This document shows, piece by piece, positions 57,324-64,000 of a stretch of 64,000 bases of DNA (positions are counted from its first letter, which is position 1; each line of letters starts with the position of its first letter). The translations under genes and the position numbers were made by a program. The notes under the pieces were generated by a model, which saw nothing but the letters and a program-made list of their open reading frames with translations, was not told where the DNA came from and made no database searches. This stretch comes from the human T2T-CHM13v2.0 reference genome, Homo sapiens. The DNA lies in the NCBI RefSeq assembly GCF_009914755.1, contig NC_060945.1. One strand, written 5' to 3'.

Positions 57324-60300
57324 GTGAGTGGTTTTAAAATGTCCCTTCCCACCAATGGTGAGTATAGTAAATGCTGTGCCTTGAAAACGTTCCTGGTGGG
57401 TTATAACTCCGTCTCCAAACATAAGAGTTGTGTCAGCTGTTTCCATGAGATCAGCATTAGATCCGGACAGAAGTTTCAAACTTCTCCAATCTCTTTCAAA
57501 GTAGAAAATTCTGAATGGGCTGTTGGTATTGGTTTTTCACCATGCTGCAGCCAACATGGTCTGTCCTGGGCCTCTCCTTCCTTGGGCAGGAGGTTTACCT
57601 CCCCAAGCTCCTGCTATGGGGAAAGTAAGAGAGCTCACCTCTTAGGATGGCTGAGAGCATGAACAGACATGGTGAATGCAAAACACTCAAAACAGGCTGG
57701 ACACCAAATCAACACTGCACAAATCTGGCTTCCATTGCTGCTGCTGCTGCTGTACTAACTGGGCACGTGATTGATTCTAAGTCCCTCCCTTTATGGCCTT
57801 TATTTATCAAAGAGAAGTAAAGAGCAAAAGAATGGCGTTCTCACTTATTAACCACTAAGTCTCCTGTGAAAATTCCAACTGAGGGTTTGCAAAATGTGTG
57901 GGAGTAACAAGCTGAGCATCCGATGACAATCACAACATCCTGGAGAATTTCAGAGGGTTCTGCTCTCCAGGAAAAGATGCTGCAGTAACCGGTGCTGCAG
58001 TAACCGGTGCAGAAGAGGAGGAAATTGTGCTGCATGACCAAGGCGCGAGACTTCCCCACTATACCTTCTGAGGATAAGGGCCTCCTTTCCACTTAGCCAG
58101 AAATTCCCAGAAAGCAGAGATTTCTACATCTCCAGGGTGTGCAATAGGCCGCTTCTGATTTCAGGCTCTGACATTTGGTCCCAGTCTGCCTCCTTGTGCT
58201 GTGGATACGGGTCTGGGAAGAAAGACAAGCAACAGAAGCAGCTCGGCATCTTCTTGTTGCCATGACCACCTGAGGTAGAGGAGAAGGGGGCTGGATAAGG
58301 TGCGACTTCAGCGCAGGCCACACAACCAGACAACTTGGAACTGGTTCCCAGGAAACCCTAGACCTTCTGTGACCCCCTCTAGTCTCATGTTCCGGAGGCC
58401 CGGAAACCATGGTTATTTTAGCATGCATCTACACAAGCATGCTTTCCCCTTGTGACTTCATGTTCCTCTAGAGCCAGGAAGCCAGCCCTGCAGAACGTGT
58501 AGGGAATGTTTCCCGGGGCCCTGGCCTCGACCCCTCCTTGCTTATGACTGTGCCTGGGCACTTGCATGCACAGTGAGCCCTCATGGGTCTGCCCTAACCG
58601 AGAGGCACTCCCTGAGCTCTGATTGGTGGGGCTCCTTGGGCCCCACCACTGCCTGGACCCACACTGAGGGCAAGCTGAACCAGCCACACAATAGTGAAGC
58701 CGGGGCTTACGGTCCTGTGTTAGTTTTGCGAGGGGACGTCGTGTGATCTTAAACAAGTCACGTCACCTCTCTGGGCTCCAGCTTTCCTGCCTCCTCCAGG
58801 GCCAGCAGCTGTGCTGCAGTGTGCACCCCATTCTCCCCGGGATTTCCTCAGGCTGACCCTGGGGAGCGAATACTGGGTCCCCATCTCTCCGATCCCTTGT
58901 GTGATCCATGCCACAGGCTGTCGTCTTGAGAATGTCCAGGCTTTATCCAGCTGGCTGTGTGGTCTTGGAAAGTTATCTAACCCTCTGTGCTCAGAATCAT
59001 CACCTGTGAGAGGTGAATAAAGATAGTTCCTGCCACAGAAGGGCTCCTGAACATGAAAGAAGAGAAACACATGGATCTCAGAGTGGAGTCCTGTAACCCA
59101 GAACAGCTGGGCCTTCCTGGAGCTCCCCGGGTCCTGCCCCACCAGCCCACCCCAAACCCAGATCCCTCCGCACAGCTTCTGCAATCAATGTCTCTCCCAA
59201 CTTGGGTCTCCCCAAAAACCAGTGATGTCCAGGCTGTGCGCAGGACAACTGAACCAGCTTCTCAGAGGGTGGGGCCTGGCCTGGAGATTCTGATGCACGG
59301 GGAAGGGAGCCTCCTTGCGTGGATCTCCAGGAGAAAATGGAGGCCCTGGTTTCACATACACACCCACACTTCCCCTTAACAGCGTCCTCCGACTTCTCTG
59401 CTCCTTCCCCGGCTCTTACCCTGTTTTCCTCCTCCTCTTTCCTTCCTTCCCAGTTCCACAGTCTCTTCAGCATCTCCAGGGGCCTTGTCCCACCTTATCT
59501 AACCACCCCAGCTTATTTAACTAGCAAGGGCGGCGGTGAGCAGGTACTCCTGGCAGCCCGGGCGTTGTGCCACACAGGGACCCCCCCATGCACACGAGCG
59601 TCTGTGGTTATTATTACTACCAATGGTGCGGTTCTCCAGCTGATTTATGAGAGTGTCCAGACTGTACCAGAAAGGCTGGCATGTGAGGCTGAAATCCTTT
59701 TTAACTCAAATGTTAACATCTCATCAAACAGGTTCTTCATTAATGTTTAAGTCGTAGAAAACAAAAACCTCATTGGAATTGCACAGAGGAAGTTGTAGTC
59801 CTTCCTTATGATTTCCTTCATATGAAAGAGTTTCTGGAGCAGGAGAAATCAAGAAAAAGACTGGACGTCAAAGCCAGGGCTGAGTTTAGAGAATTGGAAT
59901 GTGTTTGGAAATGGTGGCTCCAAGTGAATTTCAGGAAAATGCCTGTTTTGCCCACCTGTGTCAGCTAAAAGTTATCCAAGTTACTACAGGAGTATAAAGA
60001 CGAGACCTAAACACAGCAAGCAGTCAGTGCTGGAGAGTTACTAGAGGTTCTGTGGTTTGGGGGCGCTAAAGGATGTTTGCTCAAATGTTGGTGAGGTCTG
60101 GACTGGTAGCCAGGGCTTCAAGACAGGTCTTACCGAGACCTTGAGAGAAGTGCCACTGGAGGAATCATTTGTGTCTGTGTTACTTTGGCTATTCAGACTT
60201 GCAGGTGGTGTATTTCCCTAAGGGTGGTGTACCCATGTTGGGAGGGCCTCCTGAGTCCTCAGGGGTCTCCCCAGCCCCATGTTCACTCCCACTCCACCTG

Positions 60301-61111
60301 CTATTCCAGGAGTCAGCTTTCTAGGCACAGCGCCTGGGCCACTCTCATGCAGAGCCTTTAATGACCCCACTACCTGCTGAATTGAATTTTAAAGTATAAG
60401 GAACTTCAAAGATTATTCCATCCAACCTCTTGGTTTTATAGGAGGAAGGAAACTGAGAAATAAATAAGGACAGGAGTCTTGGAAGTGAGGGTAACCTGGT
60501 TCAGATCTGGACTTGGCCACCCCGACTGCATGACCTGAGTTTGGCACTTCATAGGCCTGCGCCTCTTCTGCACCCTGAACTGTGGGTAGCGGAGCCTGCC
60601 TTGCTCCCTGTGTGTGTGACAAGCATGATGCAGCAGGAGGAGCCATCATTCTCATCGCCTCCAGCATGGTCTGAGTCTTGTCTCTGGTGATCCTAACTGG
60701 AGCACAGACCCTTGTCTTCAGCCCCACTCAGCCCCTCCCATGCTTTGTGTGCTCAACACTCCAGCAAAGCCTCATGAGTGGCTGCTCTTACCATACCCTG
60801 CAGCGCTTTGCCACTATGCTGGCTCTGTTCAGGTCTCGTCTTTATATTCCTGCTGTAACTTTCCACATGTGGACCTCTGCACATGCCTCCCTCCATGCAG
60901 GGGGTGCCTTCACAAAGCCTTAAAGATCCACCTCAAGGCTGTTTCTTCTGAGAAGCCTCTCTGGCCCTGCCACTGCTGCCCGTAATGCCCATGGCATTTT
61001 GTACCTTCCCTGAGAAAGAAAGGGAAGGGAATGGAAGGAAGGAAAAAGGGAAGGGAGGGGAGGGGAGGGAAGGGAAGGTGCATTATCACATTAGAAAGGA
61101 AGAAGTACTTA

Positions 61112-61545
<434 letters not shown>

Positions 61546-62436
61546 CTATTTGAACTTATACCAAGTTTAGCGAAGTTGCAGGATACAAAAATCAATGGAA
61601 AAACTCAATTATACTTCTCTTTACTTGCAATGAACAACCTGAAGATGAAATTCAGAAAGCAATTGTATTTATAACAGTATCAAAAAGAATAAAATTCCTA
61701 GGAATAAAGTTAACGTAGGAGATGCAAGACTAATACACTGAAAACAATAAAACATGTTGAAAGAAATTGAGGACTTAAAAAAAGATATTCCATGTTCATG
61801 GGTCAGAAATTTTAATATTGTTAAGATGTCAATACTTTCTTAATTGATCTACAGATTTAACACAATTCCTACTAGAATCCAAGTTGATATATTTTGTAGA
61901 AATTGACAAGTTCATCCTAAAATTCATATGGAAATTCAAGAGACTCAAATAACAAAAACAGTCTTGAAAAAGAACAAAGTTGCAGGGCTCACATGTTCCA
62001 ATTTCAAAACATAACACAAAGCTGCTGTGATTGAGATACTGTCACTCTGGCATAAAGATGGGCATACAGAGAAATGAAATAGAATTGAGACTCCAGCAGA
62101 TGTGCATGTTCTCACATTTTTGATCAATTGACTTTAGGCAACAGTGCCAAGATTATTTAATGGGGAATGAATAGTCTCTTCAACAAATGGTATTGGGAAA
62201 GCTGGATATTCACATGGAAAAGAATAGACTTGGACCCTACCTCATACCATATACAAAAATTAAGTAACAATAAATCAAATACGTAAATGTAATGGCTAAC
62301 ACTATTAAACTCTTAGAGGAAAACAGAGGCATAAATTTTTGTGACTTTGGTTTAAGCAATGGTTTCTTAGATATGACACCACTAACAACAAAAGAAAAGT
62401 AAGTTGCCCTTCAGCAAATTAAAACTTTTGTCCTTC

Positions 62437-63457
62437 CAGCAAAAGAAACTATCGAGTAAACAGACAACCTTTAGAATGGGAGAAAATTTTTGCAAAGTAC
62501 GCATCTAACAAAAGTCTAATATCCAGCATCTAAAGGAACTTAAACAAATTTACAAGAAAAAATATCCCATTAAAAAGACAAAGGACATGAACAGACATTT
62601 ATCAAAAGAAGACATCCATGTGGCCAACAAGCATATGAAAAAAAGCTCAACATCACTGATCCTTAGAGAAATGCACATCAAAACCATGATGAGATGCCAT
62701 CTCACACCAGTCAGAATGGCTATTATTAAAAAGTCAAAAAATAACAGATGCTGGCAAGGTTGCAGAGAAAAAGGAATGCTTTTACACTGCTGGTGGAAGT
62801 GTAAATTAGTTCAACCTTTGTTGAAGACATGTGGCAATTCCTCAGAGACCTAAAGACAGAAATACTATTTGACCAGCAATCCCATTACTGGGAATATTCC
62901 TAACAAATTATATTTGTTATAAGTAAAATTTAATATTCAAAAAGCAAAGGAATAGAAATTGTTATATTATAAAGACACGTACTCACATATGTTCATTACA
63001 AAACTGTTCACAATAGCAAAGACATGGAGTCAACCCAAATGCCCATCAATGATAGACTGAATAAAGAAAGTGTGACACATATTCATCATGAAATAATATG
63101 CAGCCATAAAAAAGAATGAGATAATGTTCTTTGCAGGGACATGTATGGAGCTGGAGGCCATTATCCTTAGCAAACTAATGCAGGAACAGAAAATCAAGTG
63201 TCACACATTCCTACTGATAAGTAGGAGCTAAATGATGAGAATACATGGTCACATAGAGGGGAACAACACACAATAGAGGGGCCTATTGGAGGCTGGAAGG
63301 TGGGAGGAGAAAGAGAATCAGGAAAAATAACTAATGGATACTAGGCTTAATACCTGGGTGATGAAATAATCTGTACAACAAACCCCTATGATGCATGTTT
63401 ACCTATGGAACAAACCTGCACATCCTGCACGTGTACCCCGAACTTAAAAGTTAAAAA
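62437..63457 (+). mobile_element. L1PA-type 3' fragment nested in the old L1
   Basis: TSD aaaacttttgt(c/g)cttc at 62421-62436 and 63458-63473; ORF 62587..62853; A tail. Confidence 0.88.
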
Positions 63458-64000
63458 AAAACTTTTGTGCTTCAAATGATACCTTATAGAAAGTGAAAGA
63501 TAAACCACAGAATGGGAGAAAATATTTGCAAATAAAGGACCTGAATCTAGAATACATAAAGAACTCTTACAACTCAATAATAAAAAGACAAATAACCCAA
63601 TTTAAAAATGGACAAAGTTGTGAATAGATTTTGCTTCAAAGAAGATATACAAATGGTCAATAAGCACATGAAAAGAAGCTCAACATCATTCATTTTCAGA
63701 AAAATACAAATCAAAACCATAATGAGATATCCCCTAACACTTACTAGGTTGGCTATGATTTTTAAAAAGACATAAGAAGAAGTGCTGGTGAGAATATGGA
63801 GAAATTAGAACCCTCATGCACTAGTGGAGGAAATGTAAAATGGTACAGCTACTTTGGGAAACATTCTGGCAGTTCCTCAAAAAGTTAAACATACAGTGGC
63901 CCTATGACCCAACAGTTCCTCTTGTAGGTATATACCCAAGAGAATGAAAACATAGGTCCACACAAAAACTTGTGCACAAATGTGCATAGCAACATTATTT

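Overview
Primate genomic DNA, most likely human, dense in Alu, L1, MaLR/ERV LTR and DNA-transposon relics. One protein-coding gene is present on the + strand: FAM3B (PANDER; from prior knowledge it lies at 21q22.3 between BACE2 and MX2). Seven coding exons can be read with GT-AG boundaries (25474-25492, 31517-31660, 46976-47099, 53074-53132, 54284-54334, 55612-55699, 57191-57323). Together they give 618 nt = 206 codons, MRPLAGG...EIQREK; the terminal exon is not in the window. The sequence offers several ways to change the N-terminus: a 117-nt in-frame cassette exon, an in-frame ATG upstream of exon 2, in-frame skipping of exon 2, and a long in-frame upstream ORF. Other structure includes a second CpG island about 12.5 kb upstream, two VNTRs (47 bp x12, 46 bp x~6), a ~163-bp direct repeat bracketing exon 3, and many nested elements with readable target-site duplications (TSDs). 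I found no convincing undescribed biological system; the findings are testable regulatory or structural hypotheses. Repeat subfamily names are from recognition by eye, and boundaries without a TSD are approximate.
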